Assembly: GCA_965205025.1 (NCBI GenBank)
Contig: CBDBFU010000031.1
Span: forward strand, 1-64,000
From: Candidatus Poribacteria bacterium
GTDB taxonomy: Bacteria; Poribacteria; WGA-4E; WGA-3G
DNA: 64,000 nt
Direction: 5' to 3'
Positions 9,955 to 18,850 of this stretch are shown here, one piece after another. The notes beneath the pieces are model-generated. The model worked only from the letters and a program-made list of their open reading frames with translations, did no database searches and had not been told where the DNA came from. Position 1 is the first letter of the stretch, and each line of letters opens with the position of its first letter. A program made the position numbers and the translations under genes.

Positions 9955-10662
9955 TTATTTCCTCCTGATTTCTTGTAATTCCTTCACCCTTTCATCTAAA
10001 TCTACATCTATGCCTTCGTCTAAATCTTCAATTATTTTTTCAGCTTCAACTTTCCGTGCTAATATAACATCAAGCTTATCCGATGCTTGTTCAGAATATT
10101 TTGCAAGTATTTTAAGTGATTCCTCACGTTGATCATTAAGCTTGCTCAAATTCTGTGTTTCCACTTTAAGAGCGTCGAAGTCTATAGGTTCAGTCTTTAG
10201 AAGAGTTTTCATCTTCTCTTTCACTTCAGGAGTTGCTAATTGGACTTCATCATACAGTTTTAAAGCTGCGGTTGCTTCAGGTGGTAGATTTTCTACAATT
10301 ATGTCTGTGAAAACTGCGTGGACAGTCAAATCCGCTGTATTTTCGGTTTCTTCGGGTGTGACACTATTGTCTATTGACGGTGTCGTCTCAGGTGTGTCCA
10401 TCACTTCATCGGTGCCATCATCACTTAATATGGATGTGTCCTTAGGTACTTCCTTTGGTTGTTTTACAGTGGTTTTCTCCACTATTTCCTGTTTGATGGA
10501 TGTATCTTTTGGTGATGTGTCCTGTTGTAAGGGTGTGTCTTTATACACTTTTATCGGTTCTGCATTTATAACTTTTAGATAGTGATGTCGCCAAAAACCG
10601 ATACCTACAACAACAATAGCAATGAAAATGAGAATAATTACTAACCGAATTGGTCTGTTCAT
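9955..10662 (-). CDS. Hypothetical membrane-anchored protein with low-complexity linker and helical C-terminus
   Basis: 235-aa ORF, N-terminal TM, T/P/E-rich linker, AAGGG RBS-like sequence upstream. Confidence 0.7.
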   Translation of the reverse strand: MNRPIRLVIILIFIAIVVVGIGFWRHHYLKVINAEPIKVYKDTPLQQDTSPKDTSIKQEIVEKTTVKQPKEVPKDTSILSDDGTDEVMDTPETTPSIDNSVTPEETENTADLTVHAVFTDIIVENLPPEATAALKLYDEVQLATPEVKEKMKTLLKTEPIDFDALKVETQNLSKLNDQREESLKILAKYSEQASDKLDVILARKVEAEKIIEDLDEGIDVDLDERVKELQEIRRK

Positions 10663-10988
10663 GTTAATACTACCCTTGAAGGTTTGAGTTGAATTACTTA
10701 TCAGATGTATATTTCAGGGAGTGAACCGAAAAAGATGCAAGAATGAGTAAGACACCTTTCAAATTCGTGCTGTATCATTTCAACTAAAACCATGATAACA
10801 TATATAACGTAAGTTTTCATTGAAAAATCAAACTTAGTGTGCGTAAAGTTTTTGGCATGAATATTACGGAATCATAGGGTTCTTTTTTCTTCACATGTAT
10901 TATATTGAACCAAGTATAATTTTACTGTAAATTTGCACTTTTTAATGTTCACAATAGTAATATATTATTTATTTATATGTTTAAAATT

Positions 10989-11245
10989 GTTACACTTTTT
11001 GACACATAGTGTGACATTGGTAAAACCCCTTTCCCGTCAGTACTACACTGGGTTTAGAGTCATTTTTTTAAGATCACAAGAATTTGTTCCAATTATAAAG
11101 TGGAGATGAATTTTGTGTCTTTTACTATTCTTTTGATCCATTGATTTGGAATCGTTTTAATGTTAAATATCTTATCCATCCATTTTGACAAGATATTGGA
11201 ACATTTTCCATAAATCATATATTTGGAGGATTCATTAGTCTTACC
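10989..11245 (+). repeat. Non-coding module B (~250 bp)
   Basis: Diverged reverse complement of 15233-15479; spurious ORFs over both copies share NESSKYMIYG.CSNILS.W. Confidence 0.85.
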
Positions 11246-12126
11246 ATCTGCTATATTTTGAACCAACGGACAGGGAAACACCAAATCTATAAAGAGAATT
11301 ATATCTGTATGGACGAGTCGTAGTAATGAGATACACTGTAGTTTTCTGGTGTGTATGATAGTCTGTTTTGTTTGAAGTCGGTCTAATTTTAAGTTTTTTG
11401 AGTTTTTCAAGTTTTTTGAGTTGCTTTTTAAGAAATGATTTCTTAATGAGCCGAAAACCCTGTTGTGGATTGGGATAACAAAGGATTTGATTAATAGGTG
11501 TAAAATTTTAAAATTAGAAAAACTAAAAAAATATTCGGTTGAATTCGCATTGATTTTCCTCTGTATCTGCTTATAAGGTGATAATTCTGAATGTTTTAGT
11601 TGTAATTCTAACATGGATTTCCTATTTCCCAGATAGTGGATTTGGTTGAATTTGGCATAAAGTTTAGAAGCCTAACTAATTAGAAAACAGTTACCCTTTC
11701 ACGATATAAACAATATTTCGTATTTTCCAAGTAATGTGTTTGCTTTAGTTTATAATTATTGAACGATATAGTATTGTATCATTTTATTTTCATTTTGACA
11801 AATATTTTTAATTTATTTTATATTATTGTGATATATGTGTGTTAGTTGCTATATGTTTATATTTTCTTCAAATTATTATAAGTTTTATGGAAAAAGTGTG
11901 AAATTAGAATTTGATACAGTTTATATTAAGAACATGTATTTGATACGTTTCTATTACGTAAATTAATGCCAAAAACTTTACACACTCATACATGAACCAA
12001 GAGTTGTCATTCCACCCTTTTTCTGTTATACTATCCATTAACCAATTTTCTGCAGCACCACCACAAATCAGAGATGTTTTTTGTAGTGCCACCGTGGCAG
12101 GGACATAAAAAATCGGGAGAAGTCCA

Positions 12127-12345
12127 ATGAGTTTAGACATGTACTATTTTGACAAAAATCGAGAATTTGTCACACAAACAGCATCCAGTATGGAAGAGGC
12201 AATTGAAGAAGCAGGTTTCGATTTTGTTAATTGCACAGACGAATTTTTAAAGGAAATAACAGAAGGGGCGGGTAACTCGTATGCCAGAGCTCTTTTTGAG
12301 TACTTAAAAATTAGGCGAGATCTTCAAAAAGACCAGTCCTCCTGA
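12127..12345 (+). CDS. Small acidic hypothetical protein
   Basis: 72-aa ORF with GGGAGA RBS and plausible composition. Confidence 0.5.
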   Translation: MSLDMYYFDKNREFVTQTASSMEEAIEEAGFDFVNCTDEFLKEITEGAGNSYARALFEYLKIRRDLQKDQSS

Positions 12346-12492
12346 TTAGTATTTCCTGCACTGTGTAATGATTAACAACCTCATCATGAACAATTGGAAT
12401 ACCAGATATATCGGAACTTGACAGGAGATTGCTATGAATGAGTCTAAAACCTGATTTTAAACATTTCTCCACCAAAATGCCATAACAACACA

Positions 12493-12663
12493 ATTGTTCT
12501 CATCCTTTCCAAAGAAAAACAGACTGAAATCCAACAAAAGATGCTTGAATCCTTCAACGGACGCAAACGCGCCAAAGACCTTCCGAAACACTCCAAACAC
12601 GCCGTCGAAATCGCAATCGAACAAGACGAACAGGCTGCTATTGATTGGTTGGAATCCGTTTCT
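12493..12663 (+). pseudogene. Type I restriction S-subunit-like (hsdS-like) 3' remnant, copy 1
   Basis: ILSKEKQTEIQQKMLESFNGRKRAKDLPKHSKHAVEIAIEQDEQAAIDWLESV; resembles the IP.L....Q..I + AK.AVE.AIE tail of S-subunit-like proteins; no start codon. Confidence 0.6.
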
Positions 12664-12761
12664 CATGGGGTATTTAAGAATTATGACACAATTGCAATTT
12701 TTGTCCTGTTATGATAAAATTTGTTTAATACTTGTTGCAACTCCAATACCGGGAGAGTGTC

Positions 12762-12908
12762 ATGACAGACTCGGAGAAAGACATTATAGAAGTCAAAAAA
12801 GATCTTAAGAATGACATCAAGGTCATAAAAACGCATATCACGGCATTAACGGTTCTCGGCGTTACAAGTCTTCTTACACTGATTGTCTCATTATTACCGT
12901 ATTACTAA
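12762..12908 (+). CDS. Small coiled-coil + TM protein (XhlA/DUF1640-like architecture)
   Basis: GGGAGAG RBS, extended -10-like TGATAAAAT upstream; MTDSEKDIIEVKKDLKNDIKVIKTHITALTVLGVTSLLTLIVSLLPYY. Confidence 0.5.
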   Translation: MTDSEKDIIEVKKDLKNDIKVIKTHITALTVLGVTSLLTLIVSLLPYY

Positions 12909-12937
12909 AATGATATTCCACAAAGAAGGAAAGAAAG

Positions 12938-13165
12938 ATGTCTAATGAACGACTCACACTTGAAGAGATGGAACAGAAATATCCTGACGAATGGCTCTTT
13001 ATCATTGACTGTGAAATAAGCGAAAATACGGAACTACTTTCCGGCGTTGTTACTGCCCATAGCAAATCCCGTGCTGATATTTATGAGGTTTCAGGGTATT
13101 ATAAAGGTGGTGCAGCGATACATTATACGGGTGAGCTTCCTAAGGGGATGAGGTACATGTTATAA
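12938..13165 (+). CDS. Small hypothetical protein (DUF5678-like)
   Basis: RLTLEEMEQKYPDEWLFI..G.V.AHSKSR..YTG pattern; its stop overlaps the ATG of the protease fragment. Confidence 0.65.
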   Translation: MSNERLTLEEMEQKYPDEWLFIIDCEISENTELLSGVVTAHSKSRADIYEVSGYYKGGAAIHYTGELPKGMRYML

Positions 13166-13281
13166 TGGGACATATATCTTTCAATCCGACAGATGAATTG
13201 ATTGTCCTTCGACTAACAATAGACGGTATCAATATAGACGACTTCCGAAATGTGATTGTGACTTTAGACACCACCCCTTGA
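13165..13281 (+). pseudogene. Truncated retropepsin-like aspartyl protease
   Basis: MGHISFNPTDELIVLRLTIDGINIDDFRNVIVTLDT then TP*; breaks off at the catalytic DT(G) motif. Confidence 0.6.
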
Positions 13282-13339
13282 ATTCCATCAATACTAACCT
13301 ACCCATTATACTTTCTCCTATAATTTACGCTATCACACC

Positions 13340-13429
13340 AAGCACCTTCTGGTATCTGCCAAACGTGCAGTTGAAATCGCTATCAAGCAGGACGAACATA
13401 CCGCTATGGATTGGTTGGAGTCCGTGAAT
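13340..13429 (+). pseudogene. hsdS-like 3' remnant, copy 2
   Basis: KHLLVSAKRAVEIAIKQDEHTAMDWLESV; diverged direct repeat of ~12575-12660. Confidence 0.6.
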
Positions 13430-13766
13430 ATGTCTCATCCACATCTGCACTAAGTTTAGCTGGCAACTCACACTCAAATGATTTCAATATAGTGCTGAGC
13501 ATTTCTAACCGCGGGGCATCCTCTTTAGAGAAGGTATCCGAGAGAGTTTCAGCATCAATACCCGTTCGTTTGGAAAGTTCAGAAATCGCACCCTGTGCTT
13601 CAACAACATCACGCAGTGCCATCCAGATCGACTCCGTGTTACCATCTTCCTTATAGTCCGATAAGGCTGACTCCAAATAATACATCGCTAACTCTGTATC
13701 TGTAAGGTCATTTAAAAGGTCGTCTCTAAAACTGGTAGTCTGCTTAAGTATTGTTTCCGTGTTCAT
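13404..13766 (-). CDS. Addiction-module antidote (HTH antitoxin, HigA-like)
   Basis: YLESAL...ALRDVVEAQGAISELSKRTG..P.L..L..IL pattern; downstream of and overlapping the toxin. Confidence 0.85.
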   Translation of the reverse strand: MNTETILKQTTSFRDDLLNDLTDTELAMYYLESALSDYKEDGNTESIWMALRDVVEAQGAISELSKRTGIDAETLSDTFSKEDAPRLEMLSTILKSFECELPAKLSADVDETYSRTPTNP

Positions 13767-14097
13767 TGTCCCTGCTCCTAATTTCGTTCCAATAGTTTTG
13801 AGCTCTTGCAATATCCCGTCGTTGCGTCCCTTTTTGCCCACCACAAAGCAAAATAACAATATGAGAAGTAAACGTGCCAAAATAGATCCTATATCCTGGT
13901 CCGTAGTCTATTCTCAGTTCATATAAATCACTCCCTAACCTTTTACAATCACCGAAGTTTCCCTCTTGTAGACGTGCAATTCGTCTCTGAATGTTGGCAC
14001 GTGTTCTTTTATCTCGGAGTTGTGTCAACCACTGACGAAACGGGTTACGTCCTTCTGGTGTGATATAGTTCCTAACCTCTCTGGCAATGATTTGCAT
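13744..14097 (-). CDS. RelE/ParE-family addiction-module killer toxin (HigB-like)
   Basis: PFRQWL..LRD..RIARL..GNFGD....LYELRIDYGPGYRIYF...ILLCGG.K.TQ..DI.RA. Confidence 0.9.
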   Translation of the reverse strand: MQIIAREVRNYITPEGRNPFRQWLTQLRDKRTRANIQRRIARLQEGNFGDCKRLGSDLYELRIDYGPGYRIYFGTFTSHIVILLCGGQKGTQRRDIARAQNYWNEIRSRDNEHGNNT

Positions 14098-14429
14098 ATA
14101 TCGTAAGTATAACACATTCGCACGGCATTTTCAATTATGCATCGTGAAGATTCCAAATTGCCATCCTTCCATCCCATCTCTTCCAAACATACCCTCTTCT
14201 CCGCGTAATCCGTGGTTCAGACAAAGACATCCCTTCCATCCACTCCTCCTTCTTTGAATTAACACATAGAATATTCAACTAAACATAACAATCGAAAAAT
14301 AATTGAAGAATTATTGAAGAAAACCCAACCAATAAACAACAAAAGAAAAAATATTGAAATAGTGTCCTATTACTTAGATAACAAATGTAAAGAATATTTA
14401 GAAAAACATCACAAAAACAAATTTTAAAC

Positions 14430-14459
14430 TTGACACACGTGTTTTTATTATGTTACTAT
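14430..14459 (+). promoter_or_regulatory. sigma70-like promoter facing non-coding DNA
   Basis: TTGACA (14430-14435), 18-bp spacer, TGn-TACTAT extended -10. Confidence 0.5.
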
Positions 14460-14502
14460 ATATATTACAGAAAAAACATAGCATAAAATGTAGTCATGAA
14501 AC

Positions 14503-14737
14503 TATTACAACTGTTGTAAAACTTTTACAACAGTTGTAAAATAGAAATTAAAATCTCATACCCTTACAAACCTATACCAGAACAGGGTTTAGGACACTTC
14601 TAACATGAACAGAGTATGAATTTTCTTAAAAAAATAAAAAAAATTAACATTTTTTTAGGTATTTCTAAAAAACCCGTTCTGGGACTGACTTTAGAGTAGT
14701 TTAAAACATGATGTTGTAAAAATTGTGTTGTAAAAAT
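14503..14737. repeat. Large imperfect palindrome with TTACAAC/GTTGTAA repeats
   Basis: TTACAAC..GTTGTAAAA x2 on the left, GTTGTAAAA x2 on the right; CCAGAACAGGGTTT pairs with AAACCCGTTCTGG; A/T-run centre. Confidence 0.65.
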
Positions 14738-14787
14738 ATTTCTATGGTGTATCTCATAAATTTGAACGTTCGTACAGTACATTCTTA

Positions 14788-14858
14788 CACTCCAGCGGAG
14801 TGCTATGTCTATAGAAAACAATATCGGAATAGTCTAGCACTCCAGCGGAGTGCTATGT
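14788..14858 (+). repeat. REP-like doublet CACTCCAGCGGAGTGCTATGT, 50-bp period
   Basis: Two direct copies; a doublet with the same spacing at 25131-25200. Confidence 0.85.
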
Positions 14859-14927
14859 GCCAATACACTGCGTATGAAAAACATATAAGTACTTAATACA
14901 TACTTAAGTTATAGTGTAATTAACGTG

Positions 14928-15080
14928 TGTGATTCACGGAGAATTGGTCTACTTTAATTATAAACCCTTATAGAATAAGGATTCGTAAAATTGCTCCGTG
15001 AAGGTTTCCGTGAATGTGTAAACAATTCAAGACGACAAAAATTAACAGCTTTTTACAATACACAGTATCCATAGATCTAA
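14928..15080 (-). repeat. Non-coding module A' (inverted copy of 9552-9703)
   Basis: Reverse-complement match to module A. Confidence 0.85.
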
Positions 15081-15187
15081 CATAACTGGAGTTGAGATGT
15101 ATGCTAAAGATTGATACTTGGGATAATTATGGGTATCCAGATGCAATAGCAGCATAATGTTTAGTGACAAAAACTTTACACACCCTC

Positions 15188-15210
15188 GTGGGGACGGGGT
15201 CTCCCCGTCC
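15188..15210 (+). repeat. REP-like hairpin GTGGGGACGGGGTCTCCCCGTCC
   Basis: GTRG followed by GGACGGGG/CCCCGTCC stem. Confidence 0.7.
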
Positions 15211-15232
15211 ATATTTTAGATATATTATACAG

Positions 15233-15479
15233 GGCAAGAACAATGAATCCTCGAAATATATGATTTATGGGATATGTTCTAATATCTTATCAGAATGGAT
15301 AGTTAGGATATCAATTATCCCAAACACATCCAAATCAATGACTTAGAAGAAAAGTAAAAGACACAAAATTCAGCATTTTTGTAAATTCTTGTTCTTATAA
15401 AAAAGTGGCTATAAACCCATTGTAGTACTGACGGGAGAGAGGTTTTATCAATGTCACACCATGTGACAAAAAGTGTAAC
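15233..15479 (-). repeat. Non-coding module B' (inverted copy of 10989-11245)
   Basis: Reverse-complement match to module B. Confidence 0.85.
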
Positions 15480-15651
15480 TTTTTTCATTTTTAAACACCT
15501 ATACTCTGAAAATACCACTATAGATTGGAAACAACTAAAAACTAAAACTAAATCAACCAAGATTTTAACCACAATTGAATATAACCTCTTGATATGATAT
15601 ACTACTATCATAAAATTTATACTATACCACTTATACTCAATACCAAAATAA

Positions 15652-17202
15652 ATGAAATACTTCACATACTTTGGCAATCATCTTGTCAATGCAAAAATAC
15701 CAGACAATTCTGATATATTCTATGCCAACCCACCCCTACCAGGGATTAAACGCGATGCGATTCGTGAATATACCCAAGATGCATTTATTAATCCACTTGA
15801 TATGCCTCCATTAAGGGATCTGGTTGATGGTAATTCAAAAGTGTTAATTCTATTTGATGACAATTGCCAACCCTTTCCTGCCACAAAGAAACCTGACCTA
15901 CGGCAGCTCATGATTGAAACACTCCTTATAATGTTATATAATTACGGAGTTGAAAAAGAGAATATTCAATTAATGTGTGCAGTGGCATTACATCGGAAGA
16001 TGAAAGAGCATGAACTCACTTATATGTTAGGTAAAAACATAATGGATGAGTTCTATCCAAATCAACTTAGAAACTTTGATGCTGAAGATTCAGAACAGAT
16101 CATTGAAGTTGGAAAGACAGAAAATGATGAGATTGTTGAGACAGACAAAGTTGTCCTTGATTCTGATTTAGTCATATATGTAGATATGATTCAAATTCCG
16201 TTGAATGGAGGACACAAATCTGTTGCTGTTGGTCTTGGGACATATAATTCAATTGCCCCGCACCATTCACCTCATATGACAGCAGAGAGTCCACATGTCA
16301 TGCAACCTGATGGATCACACATGCATGCATGCATAGAAAGGATGAGTCGACTAATTCAAAAAGAAACACCTATTCTTGTCCTTGAAGCAGCTATGAATGG
16401 GGCATTATATCCTTTCCATCTTAAGTATGTTGGCAAACCTAATAAAGACTGTAATATTATTGAAAAAGTTGTAAAAGCGTTTACTCCCCCAACATTATCT
16501 CTCTTACCAGAATCTATCAGATATAGTATACTAAAGAGTGTTCGCACTGATTACGAGCCAATAGGCATTAATGCAGGAGATATTGATGCAGTTCATGAAA
16601 AAACATTAGAGATGATGAAGGAACAGTTATCAATTGATATTCCACGTCAGTATAGTACGTTAGTTTTTGGACTCCCAGATATGAGTCCGTATGCTGTGGA
16701 TGCACGAATTAATCCTGTTCTGGTAGTAAGTGATATTTTAGGGTATGTATTCAATTGGTTTTATAATAAACCAATTATCAAAGAAAATGGGGTTGTCATT
16801 ATAATGAATCCAACCTTTGAGATTTTCCACGATGAGTATCATGTTGCCTATAAGATGTTCTATGATGAAGTACTTTCAGATACCACTGAACCATTTGAAA
16901 TGCAACAGAAATATCAAGAAAAATATGCAAAAGACGAATATCTAATTGATTGTTATAGGAATAAATATGCACATCATGGGTTTCATCCATTTACTGTATG
17001 GTATTGGGCAACCTATCCACTAAAATACCTTTCTAAAGTAATATTAGTAGGACCTAAAGATCCAAATGTTGCAAAACGATTAGGTGTTGATTGGGCAAAA
17101 AATTTGGATGATGCACTTGCAATGGCACGCGAAATATCTGGAGACGATGATGTAGTCGCATTGACTATGCCACCCTTTTTCTATGCTAATGTTTTAAGTT
17201 AA
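15652..17202 (+). CDS. Lactate racemase (LarA/DUF2088) domain protein, ElbC-like
   Basis: PL.MPPL..LV, FDD...P, AVALHRKM, GGHKS, HGFHPF motifs of the long DUF2088 subfamily found in elb-type clusters. Confidence 0.75.
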   Translation: MKYFTYFGNHLVNAKIPDNSDIFYANPPLPGIKRDAIREYTQDAFINPLDMPPLRDLVDGNSKVLILFDDNCQPFPATKKPDLRQLMIETLLIMLYNYGVEKENIQLMCAVALHRKMKEHELTYMLGKNIMDEFYPNQLRNFDAEDSEQIIEVGKTENDEIVETDKVVLDSDLVIYVDMIQIPLNGGHKSVAVGLGTYNSIAPHHSPHMTAESPHVMQPDGSHMHACIERMSRLIQKETPILVLEAAMNGALYPFHLKYVGKPNKDCNIIEKVVKAFTPPTLSLLPESIRYSILKSVRTDYEPIGINAGDIDAVHEKTLEMMKEQLSIDIPRQYSTLVFGLPDMSPYAVDARINPVLVVSDILGYVFNWFYNKPIIKENGVVIIMNPTFEIFHDEYHVAYKMFYDEVLSDTTEPFEMQQKYQEKYAKDEYLIDCYRNKYAHHGFHPFTVWYWATYPLKYLSKVILVGPKDPNVAKRLGVDWAKNLDDALAMAREISGDDDVVALTMPPFFYANVLS

Positions 17203-17248
17203 CCAAACTACCAAGAGAGATAATTATAATCTTTATCTAATTTCAATT

Positions 17249-18829
17249 ATGATTACAAATAAGAAAATACCAACTGAAGAAGATTTACAAAGAGAAATCC
17301 AAGAATTTCAAGAAAATCTAAAAAAGAAGTATGGTGACAGGATCGGTATAGGTGTTGATTTTCGAACTGGACAACCTCAACAAGATGCTACTGATGAAAC
17401 AGAACCTGAACCACAGAAAACTTTTGACCTAAAATTTGATCTCAAACCTAAAGAGATTAAAAAGTACTTGGATCGGTACATCATTAAACAAGATGCTGCA
17501 AAGAAAGCACTTGCAATTGCTGTATGTGATCATTATAACCATGTTCGTGAATGCCATGAGAACCCAGAAGTAGCTGATGCTGATTATTCCAAACAGAATA
17601 TTGTCATGTTGGGTCCAACAGGTGTCGGTAAGACATACCTTATTCGACATATAGCAAAGTTAATAGGAGTGCCATTTGTTAAGGCTGATGCTACTCGGTT
17701 TAGTGAGACAGGATATGTCGGGGCAAATGTTGATGACCTAATTCGTGAACTGGTATCCCAAGCCGATGACAATCTTGAATTAGCACAATATGGTATTATC
17801 TATCTTGATGAAGCAGATAAAATAGCAACCCCACCGAACATTATAGGACGCGATGTTAGTGGGCGAGGTGTACAAATAGGTTTATTGAAATTAATGGAAG
17901 AAACTGAAGTTGACCTACGAGCAGGAAATGACGTCGCTTCACAGATGCGTGCTGCAATGCAGTTTCAGAAACAGGGCAAAGTTGATAAGGAAGTCATAAA
18001 TACTCGACATATTTTATTTATTATAAGTGGCGCATTCACTGGGTTAGAGAAAATTATAAAACAACGAATGCATCACAGTAGAATTGGGTTTAATGCTGAG
18101 GTGGCTCAACAAAAAGAAGATATAGCACAGTTTTTCGAACATGTGACACCAAAGGATTTTATTGATTTTGGTTTTGAACCTGAATTCATTGGTAGGTTAC
18201 CTGTTCATGTCATCTGTAATGAATTGGAAGTAAATGATCTCTATTATATTTTAAAACACTCAGAAGGTTCAATTATTCGCCAGTATGAAAATGCTTTCAG
18301 GGCTTATGGTATTTCAGTATTCTTTTCTGATGGAGGATTACACAGAATTGCTGAAAAAGCAATTGAACAGAAAACAGGCGCCCGGGCACTTATGACTGTA
18401 TGTGAGCGATCACTACGCAATTATAAGTTTGAACTACCATCTACCAATGTAAAGGAATTCGTTGTTACTGCTGATGTAGTAGAAGATCCTGACAAAGAAC
18501 TACAAAATATAATTCAAGATCCTAATTACAATAAGAGAACTGTTTTATGTGAACAGGTTCGAAGATATGAATCCTCTTTTCAAAGTAAACATAATCTGAA
18601 TATCGTATTTAACGAAGAAGCAACTAACCTTATAAGTGATAAAGCAATAGCAGAAGATAAATCTATACAGAATATCTGTGATTCTATATTAGAAAGTTAT
18701 CAACACGGATTAAATTTAATTAAACAAAACACTGGTCAAACATCGTTTACCTTCCCAAAAGAAGTTATTGAAAATCCAGATCCTATACTTGAGGAATGGA
18801 TTCGTGAATCATATAACACAAAACGATGA
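17249..18829 (+). CDS. clpX: ClpX-like AAA+ unfoldase lacking the N-terminal zinc finger, with C-terminal extension
   Basis: GPTGVGKT, GYVG pore loop, YLDEADK, RDVSGRGVQ, IGF loop, PEFIGRLP, TGARAL. Confidence 0.8.
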   Translation: MITNKKIPTEEDLQREIQEFQENLKKKYGDRIGIGVDFRTGQPQQDATDETEPEPQKTFDLKFDLKPKEIKKYLDRYIIKQDAAKKALAIAVCDHYNHVRECHENPEVADADYSKQNIVMLGPTGVGKTYLIRHIAKLIGVPFVKADATRFSETGYVGANVDDLIRELVSQADDNLELAQYGIIYLDEADKIATPPNIIGRDVSGRGVQIGLLKLMEETEVDLRAGNDVASQMRAAMQFQKQGKVDKEVINTRHILFIISGAFTGLEKIIKQRMHHSRIGFNAEVAQQKEDIAQFFEHVTPKDFIDFGFEPEFIGRLPVHVICNELEVNDLYYILKHSEGSIIRQYENAFRAYGISVFFSDGGLHRIAEKAIEQKTGARALMTVCERSLRNYKFELPSTNVKEFVVTADVVEDPDKELQNIIQDPNYNKRTVLCEQVRRYESSFQSKHNLNIVFNEEATNLISDKAIAEDKSIQNICDSILESYQHGLNLIKQNTGQTSFTFPKEVIENPDPILEEWIRESYNTKR

Positions 18830-18850
18830 TATGTATCAGTCCATATCATT

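Noticed and set aside
10142-10582. 146-aa plus-strand ORF and the many other short antisense or nested ORFs in the track
   Set aside because: Shadows of longer, motif-supported genes
10853-10868. sigma54 promoter (TGGCAT...TTAC), and a similar site at ~47115
   Set aside because: The -12 GC is missing here and GG-GC spacing is 9 rather than 10 at 47115
11093-11614. 173-aa ORF on the minus strand
   Set aside because: Runs across module B and low-complexity repeats; the frame is not preserved in the B' copy
12494-12808. 104-aa ORF
   Set aside because: Off-frame shadow of the hsdS-like remnant and the small TM gene
14788-14858. Mini-CRISPR near the cas6 remnant
   Set aside because: The same doublet occurs at 25131 in an unrelated context, so it is a dispersed repeat
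9258-15651. Intact prophage, ICE or composite transposon
   Set aside because: No integrase, transposase or structural genes, and no flanking direct repeat found by eye
15164-15677. ORFs 15164-15346 (+) and 15315-15677 (-)
   Set aside because: Overlap a REP and module B'; no RBS or recognisable motif
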